DNA of 64,000 nucleotides. Origin: Chloropicon primus (taxonomy: Eukaryota). Where the stretch lies: positions 248,001 to 312,000 of the forward strand of contig CP060770.1 in NCBI GenBank assembly GCA_023205875.1. Reading direction: 5' to 3'. Below, in pieces: positions 62,527-64,000 of this stretch (position 1 is its first letter; each line of letters starts with the position of its first letter). The translations under genes were made by a program, and so were the position numbers. The notes below the pieces were generated by a model. The model saw only the letters and a program-made list of their open reading frames with translations, had not been told where the DNA came from and ran no database searches.

Positions 62527-63696
62527 TCATGCCTCCATCACATCACTCGCCTCGTTCTTGTTCTTCTTGTTGTTGTTGAAGAGCCTGTCCTTGAGGATCT
62601 GGGAGAGCATGGAGTGGACCTGCTCGGTCGCGACTTTGCAGCCGTCTTGCGCGATTTTCGAGAGCCGCCCCAAGTTCTGCTTCTTCTTGTCACCGGACAC
62701 CAGGAAGAGCCCCCCGATCCTGCCGGCGTGTGCGATGTTGCTCTCCACCTGCTCCAGCTTCTCCACAAGGTCCTTGACCTGACCGGAGAGGTAATCCGAC
62801 CCGGAGACCACCTTACTGCTGGAAAGCGTCGAGACCCAGTACTTGTTCCAAAGCAGCTCGAACAGGTGAGAATCCAGGCTGCTCTTGAAGTACTGGATGT
62901 CGAGAGAGTAGTACTTCTTGCAGTGGACACCAAAGTCCTCCACCTTGTTCAGCGGGATCGTCTGGTACTCGTTCGGACCCTCCTCCGCGGCCTTGTAGTC
63001 CTTTGGGTACGTTCGAAACGCGCCGATCTCCACCTTGCCGGCGGCCTGCGTACGGATCGGATCGATCACAATTGCGAGGAACGGCTCGGTGTACTCCTGG
63101 TTCAGCATCTGGGTGTTCACGTCTATCCCAGACAGCCAGCAGCCGTACCCGGGGTGGCTGTGGTACCAACCCACCACGTTCTCCTGCCTGCCGCTCTCCT
63201 TGCTCCTCTGATTGTACTCCACCATATACTCGTACGCTTCGGCTTGGGCGTTCACCCTCGTCTCCGTGCCCTCCACGGGGAGAACAAAAGCATCGACGAC
63301 GACGATGGCGTCGCCCACGGGCTTCCCCTGGAGCATCCCCATCACCTCGATGTTCCCGCCCTGCTTGGTGTGGATTGCCATCTTCAACAGAGCCAAGGCC
63401 GACACGTACGCCGTCTTGAAGTAGTGAGGGTCCTTGGTCCAAGGAGCTTGCTGCGCCACCGCCTGCTGGGCCTCGTTGTCGTACTTCCAGAACTCATCCC
63501 TCCCCACATTCGCTTGAACCTGGGACGTCCCCGGATCCCGAGAGCTGCTCCCTCCCACGGCCTCCGCTCCCATCTTCCTCTCCTGCTTGTTCAAGTGAGA
63601 CGTAAGACCCTCCTCGTTGTCGTCCACGCACATCGTCACCTCGTTCTCCAGCTCCCACCTCTTCTGTGCTTGCCTCGCTCCACTCTCAGACGCCAT
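62527..63696 (-). CDS. CSN5: COP9 signalosome subunit 5 (JAMM deneddylase)
   Basis: [69 protein letters not shown]. Confidence 0.98.
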   Translation of the reverse strand: MASESGARQAQKRWELENEVTMCVDDNEEGLTSHLNKQERKMGAEAVGGSSSRDPGTSQVQANVGRDEFWKYDNEAQQAVAQQAPWTKDPHYFKTAYVSALALLKMAIHTKQGGNIEVMGMLQGKPVGDAIVVVDAFVLPVEGTETRVNAQAEAYEYMVEYNQRSKESGRQENVVGWYHSHPGYGCWLSGIDVNTQMLNQEYTEPFLAIVIDPIRTQAAGKVEIGAFRTYPKDYKAAEEGPNEYQTIPLNKVEDFGVHCKKYYSLDIQYFKSSLDSHLFELLWNKYWVSTLSSSKVVSGSDYLSGQVKDLVEKLEQVESNIAHAGRIGGLFLVSGDKKKQNLGRLSKIAQDGCKVATEQVHSMLSQILKDRLFNNNKKNKNEASDVMEA

Positions 63697-64000
63697 CCTT
63701 CACTCCCCTTCACTCCCCTGATCTTTCGATTCTTCACCAAACCTCCTCGTGTGACCAGTCTACGGAAAGATCGTGAGACGACGCTTCGAATGACACCGAT
63801 ATTCTCCCCTTTACCCGCCGTTGCCCTCGTCCTCTCCGCCGTCCAAAGTCTCCTCGTCTCCTCCAAAACCCTCCAGATGAACCTTCTTCACGGCCTCCTC
63901 GACCGATCCGGCAGCCGAATGCGTCGATCAAGAGACCGATGGAAAGGTCTCGCGACGATCTTTCGCCTCGTATCCCCCTCTTCCCCTCTCACGCTCTCGT

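Overview
Gene-dense eukaryotic nuclear DNA from a compact green-algal genome. Evidence: short GT-AG introns with CTGAC/CTAAC branch points, TGTAA-type polyA signals, CT/GA microsatellite-rich intergenic DNA, plastid- and mitochondrion-targeted proteins, and tail-to-tail gene pairs 20-140 bp apart. A Chloropicon-like picoalga is my inference, not a database result. About 28 protein genes are visible, mostly housekeeping or flagellar: PrimPol, CFAP91, XPB, KsgA/PFC1, a PWWP protein, ABC1K, a RING E3, RPN12, an SF-assemblin-like protein, cereblon, GAR1, CFAP44, KdsB, beta-COP, DRP1, a PH protein, EF-2, NOT2, a kinase, PurD and CSN5, plus one tRNA-Asp(GUC). Main result: two genes of the bacterial queuosine pathway sit adjacent and convergent at 12779-15574. 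They are QueA (SAM:tRNA ribosyltransferase-isomerase) and a YhhQ/Vut_1 queuosine-precursor transporter. Both have organelle-targeting-like N-termini and yhhQ carries a spliceosomal intron. This suggests a clustered, domesticated bacterial-type preQ1 salvage route in a eukaryote, where only queuine salvage is expected. Second result: an accessory island at about 54430-58506 containing a tandem repeat, a truncated serine-recombinase-like ORF with two resolvase motifs, the tRNA-Asp with no visible terminator, a 95-bp x7 CpG-rich array and a giant-virus-type ankyrin gene. Many intergenic duplications have nucleosome-like periods of 155-182 bp. All family calls are from motif recognition by eye; no searches were run.
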